Part shown: positions 12,301 through 27,300 of the stretch, piece by piece
Layout of the letters: each line of letters starts with the position of its first letter
Position numbering within the stretch: position 1 is the first letter of the stretch
Assembly: GCF_001194135.2 (NCBI RefSeq)
Contig: NC_068981.1
Span: forward strand, 97,039,250-97,103,249
Reading direction: 5' to 3'
DNA from: Octopus bimaculoides
Taxonomy: Eukaryota
DNA length: 64,000 nucleotides
The notes under the pieces: generated by a model
Databases searched by the model: none
Told to the model about the DNA's origin: nothing
The model's input: only the letters and a program-made list of their open reading frames with translations
Position numbers and translations under genes: made by a program

Positions 12301-15300
12301 ACTCTACAAACTTTGTATTATCATTACAAATCTATAACCCATGCTCCAATCTTCACTCTCAGGTAACAGGATCATGCATTCATTATCATGGTTCTATAAA
12401 GCATGATCCATTATCATGAACCTTTTGTTATCTTCAACCCATGTAGCAATCTTCACTATCAGCTAACAAATTGTACATCAGCTGTCACCATAGCCCTACA
12501 AAAAAATGTTAAACTCCTTATCTTGAACATTTACCACTATGAACCTACTAGCCATACACCAATCATCAATAGGATCCTCCAAACTAACTTCAATGTAATC
12601 CATTTCATGCCCTTTGTGCATTAGTTGCCGCACACGAGCATGCACTCTCATGAATGATTTAGATAAAAATATCACTGGCTGGACAAAAGTCAAGAACCAT
12701 TGCCATACCAGTAGAGCCACTCTGCTATACTGATACTGATATGATCAATTGGCCAGCTATTTGGTGTAGTAGTTTGTTACAAGAGACTTACTTGAAACAA
12801 GTTAATGACTTCCAGATGATCTGACCAAATAGGATATTAGTTTTAATAAAGCTGTTGAGCAGGAACCATTGATGATGACAGTGGATCGATCAGTGCAGAA
12901 CATCTCTTATGTCATAGACCATCATTTACAATAGAAGAGGATGTCAACAGATGACTAGTCTTTAAATCTTTAGTAGACATTAAGTCTTTGTTGACTTGAG
13001 AAATGTCTTAATAGTCTGAAGGACTTACATTGTAAAATTAAACCAGTTCTTTCAAAGAAGTCAAAATAGGATCAATATGGAAGGGAAAAAGAAATTTCCA
13101 AGTATCTAATTTATGATGGGAGTAGAAAGTACTCTGTAGTGTAACCAGTAATGCAGTTGGCTGGTAAACGATAGATGATTGGTTCAAGTCTTTTCTGTTG
13201 TTCACTTCTGATTCAGATTTAGGTGTGTATTGTGTTATGTAGTCTGTATTGATTATATATGTTTGTATTTATTAAGAGTAGCTCTGTGCATTTATTAATC
13301 CAGTGAAGGTCCTGTTAGGCATGCTAACAATGGTATAATGAAAGGGTCGTTCCAAAGAAGTTATTGAAGAATGGGAGAAAATGAGTCAACAGTGATTTGC
13401 TTGGCATTCCTAATGTTTCAAAGTAAAATTAGTCTGAAATAAAGTTAAACATAGAGGCGCAGGAGTGGCTGTTGTGTGGTAAGTAGCTTGCTTACCAACA
13501 TTGTCCCTGCATGGCACCTTGGGCAAGTGTCTTCTACTATAACCTTGGACTGACTGAAGCCTTGTGAGTGGATTTGGTAGGCGGAAACTGAAAGAAGCCC
13601 ACCGTATATATGTGTCTTTGTCCCCACCTACCATCGCTTGACAACTGATGTTGGTGTGTTTACGTTTTCCGTAACTTAGTGGTTTGGCAAAAAAGGTCGA
13701 TAGAAAAAGTACGAGGCTTACAAAGAATAAGTCCTGGGGTCGATTTGTTAGACTAAAGGCGGTGCTCCAGCATGGCCACAGTCAAATAACTGAAACAATT
13801 AAAAGAATATATCTTCCATAAGATTTTGTTGTCTGGCCTGGGGAAACTATTGAGTTTGTTCACTTGAGGTTTTCATTCCTGTTTTAAAATTTGTAGAATA
13901 CATTAGATCATATTTTTCATGGAGGTAAAGATAAAATGAATTGTAATATTATGATTTACATTTTACTGTAAAAGTACATTATGATAAATATATTTATCAT
14001 TCAAAGAACTTGCAAAAAACTTCATGGAATTGGTACAAAATTACTTTGTTGAAACTGTTTCACTGGAATTTTATTTCTGTACTTGTAATGCTGGTTTTGA
14101 CAAAGGTACAAAGCCATAGAAATTATGTAAGAGTAAAATAAAATGCTGGAATATTTGTCTTCTCTAAAAATTGGAGTAAAATATTCTCACTCAGAAATTG
14201 AAATAAGATTGCAGAGTTTATTTATTGGTAGAGCCTACTGTAAGCCACTAGCCTGTCCTGTGAATGTTAATATTTATATTTAGTTGTAGTGGACACAAAA
14301 CGTTTTGTTCTATCTGCATTAGGCTTTTAGCTTTGTTTTTCATCAATAATCTAAATAATCATTTTTGTTAAAGATTATAATTGATACCAAGCAAAGGCTT
14401 AACTCTATTTCATATGATCTATGCTGCTGTTCAGAAAACGTTTCAATACTTCTATCAATGACAATTTCAGATTCTGATGTGATCCAGCGTGTTTATAGAT
14501 CTGTTTTTACAACAAAATCAATGTTTGTGTCTGAGCTGTTCAATGGAAATGTAACAAGTTTTGTAAAACTTCTATCATCTGTTTAACTGTCACCTACACT
14601 GTTGTCATGGATAGTTGATTTACACAAATTGTTAAGCTGGTTTGACTGTTGATCAGACTGGTTTAATTTCAGTGCTGATTTTTTTATTACCAGCAGTTAG
14701 ATAAATATATATATATGTAATAATTAGATTTGATGACATTATTTCTTATTTACTGTTTCTTCATGCTTGGGAGAGAATGTACTGGCATATCTATATATTT
14801 AGATAATGTTGTATTCATGTTTATAATGGAGACTTTTTATACTACTTACTATTCATTTCTAAAATTGGAATGGAACAGCTTGCTAAGATCACCACACAGT
14901 AGTTAAAACAAGCTATAAACTTATAACTAGCTAAATAGTCAATTTGGTCCAGTACTTTAATCTTAGTCATTGGGCTGTTTATTAGTAATTTGTTTTTAGA
15001 ATGTTAGATGTGCTTGTGATTTAAACTGACAAAAATGTGAAGAGTTTGTTTATCTAGTAACATGCTGTGAGCTACCATGTACTTACCTCAAAGTTATACA
15101 TAAATATGAAATCCTTATTTGGTATGAAATACAATAGATAATATTTGACATAACAGTAATCTTCACTGAAATATTGATGCATCTGTTCTACTGGACTAGT
15201 ATAATAGATAAATGCATTCAAATTTTTTGTGTATGGGCTCAGTATTAGTTTTGAGATTTGACCTATACAAGCTAATCAGAAAAAAGTAAAAATGAAACTA

Positions 15301-18300
15301 ATTGAAATTTAGTTAACACATAAGTTCATAGTTTTATCAAACCCTAGTAAATATGACAGTAGATAACTGCTCCATTTCCTTTGAATAATCTTTGAGCTTG
15401 TTTATCCAGTTATCTGAATATCTGATTAGTAAAGATGTCAATTCTAAATCTACATTATTTTTTAATATTTTACATGGAGAAAAGAGTTGATGGGTGATGT
15501 TTTTCATGACTGCAATGGGTTATAGTGGGGAATGGAATAACCAAACATATTAAGAAGATATGAATTCATAGCAAAAACATTAAACACAGTCTATTAGGAA
15601 GAGAGAGAACACTATGAACCTATTTAACATGTGCTAATGTTAAAAAAAAGAAGATACTCTTGATGTATGGAGTAGCTATTATAATTTCAGGAAGATTAAA
15701 TGAATATGCTTGGTGATACATTAGATATGCCCCGAATGTTGTTCTTTTGTGTCTAGTTTTGTTTTTTTCCTTAATCAGTATGGAAAGAAATATGATGATT
15801 GCAAATTAACATTTTTTTCAAATGAAATTGGATATATAAAACACTTTATGCAGCAACCAACAAAGTCTTCTGTAATAAATTTTAAAGACAAAATTGATGC
15901 TAGAAGCTGAGTTTTTGGTAATTTTGACAATGTAAACTTGTAATTGTGTCAAGTAGGTTAACTGGATATGAGCTCAGGAAAAGGATAGGACATAAAATGT
16001 ACATGTGTACATAATGTTTAAGATATAGTTTATTATGCCAAATACAATAAAATTTCAAATTAATGAAACTGTTGAAAATGCACAACAAATTGGTAGGTTG
16101 AGTTTGATTGACCAGAAGAGCAAACAGGAAATATTTTACATAGAGAGTTTGCAGTGGAGCTTGAGAATTTAACAAAACAGAACCCTATTATGCTATTCAA
16201 CATCAATTATTAAAGAAATATTGGAAGAATTACAGAATTTGACAACTTGTTTCTTTGAAAAGTGAAATATCAAATGTAGATTTATTGGTGCAGTATTTTA
16301 AGACACTGGACACTCTTGGAGTGGTTGGCGTTAAGAAGGGCATCCAGCTGTAGAAACTCTGCCAAATCAGATTGGAGCCTGGTGTCGCCTCTTGGTCCAC
16401 CAGTCCTCAGTCAAATCGTCCAACCCATGCTAGCATGGAAAGCGGACGTTAAATGATGATGATGATGACAGTGGACCTTATCAGCAAGTAGTACTTTTGG
16501 ATGAAAAAAAATGAGCCAGGAGTTAACCCTGCTTCCATATGTCAGATTTGATGAGATATGACAATCTCTACTATTTAAACTAATTGTAAACTACAAAGTA
16601 GTAGCATGATGGTGTTGACATTAATGTGCTGGTTGAAAGTATTATTATCTGATTGGGTGACTTGTCCAGACCAATGCAACTCTTCCATGCCAAATGTCCT
16701 GATCTTCTAAAGCAGTCTTCATATCCTCAACCAGTGTATGCTCGTCTTGGTCTGCTGATACCTATATGTCTATGTTTTTGGGTTTCCAGTGAAGGAAATT
16801 GTTGGATATTGCATTCTTGCTTCTCCAGCAGTGTCCTGCATAATGTCATCTGTTCTCTGATTACCGAGGTGATGGTAAGAAGACTGTCATACAGTTGCTG
16901 CTTTGTAGCTACCAACAAAGATCAAGAACTGCACAAAGCACTCTCGTGTATATACCACCAAGCTTCTTTTCCAGTCTCATGTCAGTATCCATGCTGAAGA
17001 GCCATACAGAAGTACTGATTCAATGACTGCTTTGAAAAAAACACTCTTCATGCCAGGAAGAGAAGACTTCCAGAGAATTCTGTGTCTGTCTTGGGTATTC
17101 CATGGTTTTGCAATCTCTGCTTGGATATCCTTTTCTGTTGAAGGTATGTAACTTCTCAGGTAGGTAAAGTCATCAATCATCTTCGGATTAGAGCCATTCA
17201 GAGTTCAGATATCACCTGTTATGTTATAGCCCATGTATTCAGTCTTACCGGCATTGACATATAATCCTATTTGTGCAGCTGTAATCTTAAGTGCATGTAA
17301 CGTTTCCTCTTCTAATTCTATATTATCTTCCAAGAAGAGCATGGTTATCTGCATGGTTGGCATCCTATAATTTTACTGCAGGATGTCTTCTACTTGGTCA
17401 GTAATTTCTAAAGTATTTGGAAATAACTTCATCTTCCTAGGCACTTTCCACTTAACTGGGCAGGTCATTGGAGACCTATTAATTAGATTCTGACATTGAA
17501 ACAGGCTTGTGCAATATCATCTTTTGCTTGAGATTAAATTCACTAAATTGTGCTGGTTTATTTTCTAGAAATTTCTATTGTAAGCTTGTTTTGATAGAGC
17601 TCAGAACTATAGAACTGAGACTACAATCCTTTTATAATTGAATCATATAGTTTGTGTAAAACTAGATTGTAGTAGCTTAAATCAACCACAATCAAGATCC
17701 TTGGCCCTGTTTAGCATAAGAATTAAATAAAACTGTTCTCTTTTGGTATGTACAACAAATTTAAATTTGTATCCTGTTGGTCTAGGCTATATAATCTGAT
17801 TCTGAAATCAGTAATTGATCTTTGAATCAAACCATGAGATCATTTAGTTACATTTAAATTCATTGTTAACTCATTTAAGGTTTCAATTCTTAGTCCTGAT
17901 TACATTTAGTTATTGAGATTGGTTTCAAATTTTGGTACAAGGCCAGCAATTTCAGGGTTGAGTGTAAGTTGATTAAATCGATCCCAGTATTCAACTGGTA
18001 CTTATTTTATCGTCCTCGAAAGGATGAAAAGCATAGTCATCCTTGGTGGAATTTGAACTCAAGGTAAGGATGGACAAAATACTGATAAGCATTTTGCTCA
18101 GCTTGCTACTGATTCTGCCTATTTGCCATCTTAGTGATTGATATTAAAATAAAAAATGACTAAATCCTTTTGTTACCATATTTTTGTTGAGAAATATACA
18201 GCCTTCATTTATGTTAATTTTCAAAGTAATGAATTTAGTAAAATAACCTTGTTATAAAGCTGATATTTGGAAAATAAATGAACACAAAATTTCAATGGAC

Positions 18301-21300
18301 AGGTTTAATATCAGGTTGGAATTAAACTGGTTAAGTTATATATAATCTATTCATCTGTTCTCAAGTAAAACTATTATCTTTCGGATTGATAGACTTATGA
18401 GAGAGGGCTTATCTATAATCTCATAGTATATTATAGTAGTTTGCTCTAGAAAATGTGGTTTAAGACTAGAGTGATCAGTATAAATTATGCTTGTTAGAAG
18501 CTTGGTGTTACATGGCTGATATCAAAATGAAATTTCAGCTCTCATCTGAGTTAAAATATATTTTACGTATTAAGAATTGATCATTATCATGTAACCCACC
18601 TTATGACTGCTTTATTACCAAATACCCTTAAACCCATACACTCTGACACCGACCTTTAAATAGGTTTTTCAGATGTCATAAATATGCATGATTTCTCATC
18701 TCAATATCTCTCCTATTTGGATTTGACAATAAACATGTTATTGATGTACTTCATTATTCCCAATCAGTTATGGCTGATCATTAGGGAAACTAATTTGGTG
18801 TGTTTATCTTCCTAAAAGTACAATTGATTTTGGAACTTATTTGAAGGAAGTGTCTAACGTTTTTAGAATATCAGACAATTTCTGTATTAACTGTGACCTT
18901 CTTGAATTATAGTACCTAATTAGATTTAGTAAAGGCATATATTGTAACCCTGCCTTTCCCTAATTTCTGATTCAGACTCTACTTTTTATAAGATTAAAAC
19001 TAATAGGATCAAGTAGTATAAAGTTACTAATGAGTTCTGTTCAGGTTTAATGGAGGGGTTATGAGATTATTTTTGTTTAGTCCTGGGTCAACCCTGATTG
19101 AGTAGACCTATTATCAAAGGACTTACATTGTCAACTATCTCTTGTATGTATATGTAGGACTACATTGTCCAGTGTCAACAGTAGGATGTAATTTGAGGGA
19201 AATTTCTAACATGTTGAGTGGCTTCTAAGAGGACTTCTCATTGATTAATAATGAGATGCTGTTAAATGGGTGTCGTTATTTATATTCATGAAAATTACCT
19301 TTTGTTTGTATGTTTGTAATTATCAAGTAAATGTTTGTGAACAGAATAATGCAGCCAGTATTTTCCTGTATGTATAATTATACGTCATAAAGTTGATAAA
19401 ATAATGTAGGGTGCTGATCCTGACATGTACATTACACAATTTATTTCGGATGATTCAGTTGGATCAAGCTCAGGTTTTGTGACATCTTGGTTGATAAAAT
19501 AAGGATAATTATTTACTCAAATAGTATTTGATTTGATGGCAAGAATTACTGGTTTTAAATATTCAGCTTACAATGAAAAATTACAAGGGAAACAATGAAA
19601 ATAATTTAAATTGTAAAAAAGAGAAAAGTTTTCTGAATTCTGTAAGTTTTAAAGGTTTATATCTGTCAATGGGATGCAAAATTGTTAAACAAAAGAGAAC
19701 TATTTTATGCTAGTGGTGTCCTTCGTTCCTAATCTTCTATGGAAACATCCAGTTATGGGGAAATATAACCTTATTTGGAAACAGGTGAGGGTTGGTGACA
19801 GGAAGGGCATATGGTCATAGAAGATATGCCTCAACAAAATTCCATCTGAGTTATGCAAGTATAGGAAAAGTGGATGTAAAAGTGAAAAAAGAAAACAAAA
19901 AAGAGCAGTTGTTGGCTCAAAGTCTTGGCTATTTTTCTGGAAGAAGCTTATAAATTTAATTGTTGAAATACAGTTCAGATTCCTCAGGCTTTTAAAAACT
20001 TTGATCTTGTTTTTAAATATCATGGACAATATTTGTATGATTTATATCTACTTATGTATGTTGTGAAAATAAGCCTGAAAACAATGATTATATTATCTCA
20101 TATGTGTGACAAATGCTCATGAAACCTGTTAGACATTACTGTTAGCATAATTTATTAATTTAGGCTTTCAATAATGTCAGTGTTGAAGTTAACTTGTTGT
20201 TACTAATGTTCTCTTATTTTATCTTTGTTTTTTTTTTTAATGGCATGAATGGTATTTAGAAACATGAATATTTGCATATGAGTATTTTCATATCACTATA
20301 GAATGGTACGTTTTTGGAGAGTTGTATCTTCATTTCATATTATCAGCATTTTCTAGTCATTATCAATAATCTAGAGAGAAATGGGTTCCAAGTGGTTAAT
20401 TTTCTCTCCAAAAAAGTTGGCTATCTACTTTTCTTACTGTTAAACATTGAAGTAGATGTAGGTGTTTTGTTGCTTGCAGTTTCATGTGATCAGAATATGA
20501 ATTATGTCAAAAACAATTTTTGTGACATTTCAGTGCTCTAAATGAATCCAGCATTGTTGATGCCAACTCCAGGTCAACTGCTTATGATTGTAAATGTTCC
20601 AACTGTGACCATCTTGTCTTTCTTAGGCATCATGTAACTAGGACTACAACTATCCAATATGACCTTTGTTCAATATGGTATTTTGAGATTTAAGTGATAT
20701 TTGGCCACTAGGCTTTGTTATTGCTTCAGCTCCAGTATTGTTATTTTTACATGTGCCTCCTCATAAGTTTCTAACTCAAGGTACAATCAAACTTTCAAAA
20801 CCTAAATACTGGCAATATTTTTTGCTTCTATCATTTGAGAGTAATTTGTCCATCTGATTCTGTTCAGAAATAGACATTGCTGAACAGTAACGTGTTTCCA
20901 ATGAATACTTTTCCTGGAGCATATAAAACAATTGCTATTTTAGCCCTAGACAAGATTCAGCATGCTCATAACTGATACTGATTTTGGGCTTTTGTAAACT
21001 GTTTCATCATACTGATTGAGTTCCTTTGTAATCTTTAAAGTAGGCTGTTGAACATTGATTTTTGCAGTATTAGTGGTAATTAGGCTGATTACAGAAAAAG
21101 TGGTTTTGTCAGAGGCAGATTACAAAAGTCTAAGTAATATAACCAGATACTGCAGTTATATACCATTATACTAGTAAGTAACAGGTGATACATTAGTACA
21201 AATATTATGCTACTAACCCTTGGGTTAAATTTGTAGGTTAAAGTAATTCCATTGTTAACAATCTAATTTAGGGATTAGAAAACTAGACAGTGGTCTTATT

Positions 21301-24300
21301 TCATCTGGCTTGCTAACTTCATTGAATGGTATTTAAAGGCTCTTTATTTTCTTTAGCTATCTTTTGGTCATAAATAATAAAGTTTCAGGATTGAAAAATA
21401 GAGTAAAAGTTTAATTTTTGCAGCAACTTAAAATGGATTAACGTTTTATAGTAATAATAATAAAGAAAAGAAAAAAAAATCATCTACTGTTAGTCTCACA
21501 GAGACTAACAACATGAGGTGCTGCTAGTCTTTGTTGCTGTTCATTTAGGAAGTTGAAAACATTTACTGCTTAAAACAGGCAACCTTTTTCAAGAAATGGG
21601 CCCAAATAAAACATGATTCATCATTAAGTGGGCCATGCTCCTAAGACAAAATTCTAGGTAATTTTTCATTTGGCATGCCATTCAGAGTCCTGTCACAGAT
21701 TTATTTTTTTCATACTCAGAAAGACTTCCACTTTTAACCAAGTGAAGGAGTTTTTTTTTTTTGTATAACTGAAAATATTCAGTTGAGGCCATTGCAAAAA
21801 TCAAACTTTTATTGCTTTTCAACACAGTTGTCCACTACTAAAAGACAGCTAAAGGAAACAAAAAAGTTTTGTATGCAACTTCATATGTTCAATGAAGTTG
21901 GCAGGCCAGATGGATTGAGACTGCAGGCCGTAGTTTTCTAATCCTAAGCCAGATTGATGATAATAAAATCATCTCAACTATTGTATCACATTGTTTGTAT
22001 TAATGTATCATCTGTGACTTGCTGGTATAATGGTATAAAGCTGCAGTGTCCATTAATATTATGGAGATTGTGGTAATCCACCTCTAGCAAAACCGTTTTT
22101 TTTCCTTTTGTAATCAGCTGAATTGCCACTAACGGTGCAGCAAATATAGCTAGTTTGAGAGTAGCTTATTTGTTAGTTAAAAAAGGAAACTATTTACTGA
22201 TGATGAATTAACTAAATTTTCTCTGTTAGCAACAGCTGAAGAAGTATGTCTAGAAAAATAGATTTATTCAAAATATTAGTCATTCTGCAACAATTCAGTA
22301 AATAGGATAGTTGAGGACAGGAGGCAACATCCTGAGCCAATTAACAATAAAGTTTTAAAGTTTCAGTGGTTTTTCTCTGGTTCTCAATGAATCAACAAGT
22401 GACCGACAATCAAGTGTGTTGCTATAGTTCATTTTGAGAATTAATGCTAATTTTGAAGTGAAGGAAGAATTAATTAGCTTCTGTGAGCACCTTGCATAGA
22501 TTAATTACTAATGCAGAAATTTTCAAAGAGGTGGAGAAACTTTGTCTAAAACAATATATACTTTGGAAATGTCTAAAGTGTATTACAACGGCTGAAATAT
22601 ATGTATGGTTTGAAGAAATCTGTAAGCTTGTGATGGAATGAGAGGTGCAAAACATGTGTTTCAATATTTAGTTCATCAGTAGATATTTAGGTCTGTGATA
22701 CTGATAGACCCAATTGTATCAACTGAATTTTATTGATTAATAATGCATGGAAGTTTCAGCATCATCATCATTTAATGTCTGTTTGCCATGCTGGCATGGG
22801 TTATATGGTTTGGCAGGGCTGTGTTTAGCTCCCAGCTTTGATATGGTTTCTATAGTTGGATGCCCTTCTTAATGTGAACCACTTTACAGTGTGTACTGGA
22901 TGCTTTTTTTTTTTGTGCCACCAGCATTAGTAGGTTTGCCGAGTAACTTGCAAGATGAGGAAAGAACAGGAAAAAAGGAAAAAACTTCCTTGACTAAGTA
23001 GGGAGGAGTTTATGCCAGGTGTTGAGAGGCTGTAGTATGGTAGAGAGACAATATCTTGCTATAGGGGAGGTCCATGGCTACCCAACATTATATAAGGATG
23101 GGCAGGGATTATTGGAAAGAAGGTAGAGATGGTGGTGACAAGATGCTAGAACATCTCAAGATGAAGAAGGTGAGTATGAAAGGATACAAGTTGCAGGATA
23201 GGGGAAGAGGGGATAGTTTCATGAGAGTGAGGGGAGAGTAATAGATGGTTAGAGGTGAATGTAGTGATGAACAAGGTTGGAGGTGCAGTTGATGGGAAAT
23301 ACCAGTATTGAGAGGGAGTAAGGTGAGAGATAGTGGTTCAAGAAGGAGAATAGATTGGAAAGTAAGGGAATGATGTGTAAGGTGTTGGAGATGTAGAGGT
23401 ATATAAGGAGTAGGTCTACAGTAAGTGGGACATGATGGCAGATACAACTGTGTGTTGAGAATGATAGCAGACACTCCTATGATGAAAAACTTTAAAGTAA
23501 TTAAAAAAAAGGGGTTTTCTGTAGCTTTGTATGAGCATGGTTTCATTTTTTTTTTCATTTAGATTGCTCTACAGGACATAAAACCATTTCCATTCTGACC
23601 TGTTTCCAAAAACGTTTGCTGTTTTTTGATCAAGTTGATTGTTTACTGCAGGGGAGTTATTCTTGATTACTATTATAGCTAGTTACATCAGAAAAAAGCA
23701 TTATTGTATGGATAATATTGTCAGCAATATAAAATTTTACAATATGCAGTATGATTAACCCTTTAGCATTAGATTACTCTGTCAAATGTAATGCTTATTT
23801 ATTTAAATTTTTAAAAACTAATCATGTGTTATCTTGTAGCTTTGAGATTTTGAAGATGTAATTGTTTATTTTTAGAATGACATTGCAGGGCAGGTGTGAG
23901 AGGCTAGATCTGCCAAGTGTGGACATAAAACAGAATATTAGGGCTGGATATGGCTGGTTTAAATGCTAACGGGTTAAACTGGTTGGTAATTATGTTGCGT
24001 GGTTTATAACTCTTGACATGTTGCCATCTAGGGTTTATGGAACTAGTTGTGTAGGTTTCCTTAAAGTTTTGCAGTAGGGCTCAATATATTTTATAAAATT
24101 AGTATATTATAAATATAAGGATGGTAGATTAGAAGAATTGTTTGAGCGTCAACTAAAGGCTTTGTGAAGTTGTTCCAGCTCTTTATGTTCTGAATTAAAA
24201 TCTTGAGTCAGTTGTGCTTTTCAGCCTTTTGTGGGTCAAAGAAATCAAGTACTAGCCAAGTATATGAGTTGATAAAATTAACTGTTCCCTTCTTTCAAAT

Positions 24301-27300
24301 TTAGCTTTTGCCTGTGTAAGAAATCTATATATTATAAACGCCAAATATGTTTTCACAGACTGAAAAAACAAAGTTATGAATGTAAGTGGTTTGCCACAGA
24401 AGAGATGATTTTGTGATTAGTTTTTTGGTCACTAACATTATCTCTTAATGGATATTTAAAATTTTCCTACTTGAAATAATTATGATTTCTTCTTTAAGTC
24501 TAATCAATCTTTGTCCCTGGTTTTCCTGTTTCTCATAAAACTGACACTTGGCTTATCTTTTCCCTACATCAACAGTAACAGCACTCCTAATAACATTCTC
24601 TGTGACAGCTGCAGAAATTTAATAGGAGTTAGTAGTTTAGAATGCACAGTAATGTTATGAATAAAGTGAGAACTTCTGTGGAGATTTTTTTCTTAATTAA
24701 ATGCTTAAAATGATCATTTCATGAAACTTTCTGGAAGCAGCAATGAAATGGTTCAACCTATTTCTGGAATTGATTATTCTATCTAGATAGTTGACTATCA
24801 GTCATATCAGCTTTCAACATCTAAACTGAAACTACTTTGTTTGGAGTAGTTGGCAAGCTGCAGCTTGTTTTGCGTTATGTCTTTTCCATCATGCTAAAAT
24901 TTGTATTGCTAAGTTTATTATTTACTGTAAACATCAACATCTGGAACTAATTTAGTACAGCTGTTGGCTGTAGATTTGTGTACTTGTATCAAATAGCTGT
25001 CATAAAAAGCATTTATGTGCTATTGATTGTTTTCAGATATATCTTTGTTATCACCTATTATTCATTCAGATCTCTTGACAGTCATCTCTCTCTCTCTTAA
25101 TTATTCACTTTTATTAACTCAATAAAATTGATAATTTTGAAACCAAATAAAATTATCAGCTAAATAAATATTTTCTAATTTTAATTTAATCATTAAAATA
25201 ATAATTATTGCTGACAAGTTTAAGGTTTTAGTAACCTTGTCAGTGTGACTCAAAACTTAATCATTTTGACATTGGCCTGGTGAAAAGAAGTGGAGTAATT
25301 AGTAGTGCATTTTGAGCCTTGATAAACATACTTTGCTGATATCCTGGTGTGGAAACTGAATTTTAAATGCTGAATAGGTCACAGATTTCCTGTATGAAGG
25401 TAGCAAATGAATCAATTGGGGTAGCCTGTAACTTCGGTATGCCATAATTTAGGTATCCTCTATATAATTCATTAGAAATTGTGTGAGATGTGAGGCAGCC
25501 AAGGCATATTGATCTGATTTACTGTCAAGCTGTTACAGATATGACAAAATTGTGAAGTCAGTACATAGATGTCCTCAATTTAGTTCTTCAGGATTAAAAA
25601 CAATTGTTGCAGGGATTTTGGTTTGTGTGTTATGATTTTATGATTTAGGTATTAGATGGGAACAGTATTTCAAAGCTGGTGCAGTTAAGTATTAAATTTG
25701 AAAGATTAGCTGTCGATAGATGTATATGGGAGGAAGGGACATTGAAAATACTGCAAAGAAAGGATTTCACTAATTTTTAATTTTTGAAGTATCAGAATTA
25801 TTTAAAGTTTTACTTGTTATATATGTTTCCCAGTAACTGTATTATTGCAATATCAGCTTGAAAATCAAAGGTTTAAAAACTATGAAACTTGGTCCTGAAT
25901 ACATTTATGTGATTGTCTGTTTTATATTAATCTTACTTCTGTTATCTGTTACTTAATTTCCATACGTTTTATGTCTCTGATGTAAAAAAAGGAGAAAATT
26001 AAAATTAGATTCTTTGGTATTTATAGTCTTCAAGGTCTTTATCCCTATAGTTGTTGAAGGTGTACAGATCTTTATGAGTTCTTGTCTCATAAGATGTTGG
26101 CTGAGCTCCTTTCGAGTATTGGGCTTCATGGAGGCAATGACCAAGACCATTGGCATTATGTCTTGTTTGAGAAGAAGACCCATCAAGTTGAGCAAAATTG
26201 CAATTGGGGAAGATACCAGTGTCATGCAAATGGCACCTGTGCCAGTGGTACGTAAAAGCACATATTACACTCTCGGAGTGGTTGGCATTAGGAAGGGCAT
26301 CCAGCCATAGAAAACCATGCCAAATGAGACGGGAGTCTGGTGCAGCCTTCCAGCGTACCAGCACAGTCAAACCGTCCAACCCATGCCAGCATGGACAATG
26401 GACGATGATGATGATGACAGGCTCCTTTTGTTGACTGTCTCAAAGCTTTAGCATTCAGATTACTCATTCAAATGTAATGCTTATTTATTCACGTTGTTTT
26501 GAATTAATCATGCTTTTTCTCGTAGTTTTGAGATAATGATTAATGTTTGTTTATTTTTAGAAGGACATTGTAGGGTAGGTGTGAGAGGCTGGATATGGCC
26601 AGTCTGAACATAAAACACAGATAGAATATTTGGATCATATATGGCCAGTTTAAATGCTAAAGTGTTGATTTCATCAGATATCATAAAATACCATTTCATG
26701 TCTTACTAAAATTGGATAACTCGTAGTTTTTTTGGTATGCGTAAATTTTGTCCTTTTTATAAGTTGTTAATAATTGGAGAAATATTCATTGATCTATCAA
26801 ATAAAGCATGACATCAGAGTAAAGCAGTTACAAAAATGTTCCTGTTAATATTGGTTTTCACTCCTGATGAATCACAACATGAACACTGGGTTTTCAGTGG
26901 TGCTCCAATATTTCAATTAGGTTACAGGAGTAATTACTGCTGCCATTGCCACCACCACCACCATTTACTCATAAGGCTAGCCAGTTATTATTCAGGTGAA
27001 GTATAAGTGAATGACTTGATCTTTAGTCTATTTCTGGATCTTGAGTTAAATCAAGTCATGAAGACTCAAGTCAACTTCAGCATAATTGCAGCCAAATCTA
27101 AAACTGATGAAAATAATATAAAGTAGGTGCAGGCATGGCTATGTGGCAAGAAGTGTGCTTTCCAACCACATGGTTTTAAGTTCAGTCCTACTGTGTGGTA
27201 CCTATAGTCCTAGATGGAAGGAGTGAAAGTTGATGACTTTAGTTTTGGTGTTTGGTGAACTCTCTTGAATGTCTCCTCTAACCTAAAATAAGTATGCTAT

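Noticed and set aside
11400-12620. CRISPR-like array (about 32-nt periodicity)
   Set aside because: No invariant repeat alternating with unique spacers, all positions vary, no cas genes, and the context is an animal intron.
14365-14660. Coding-looking stretch on both strands
   Set aside because: In-frame stops on the - strand, no motif recognised; may be an ancient TE but cannot be supported.
25953-26434. Four overlapping ORFs of 78-124 aa
   Set aside because: They mostly overlie the RTE 3' UTR repeat, which often yields chance open frames.
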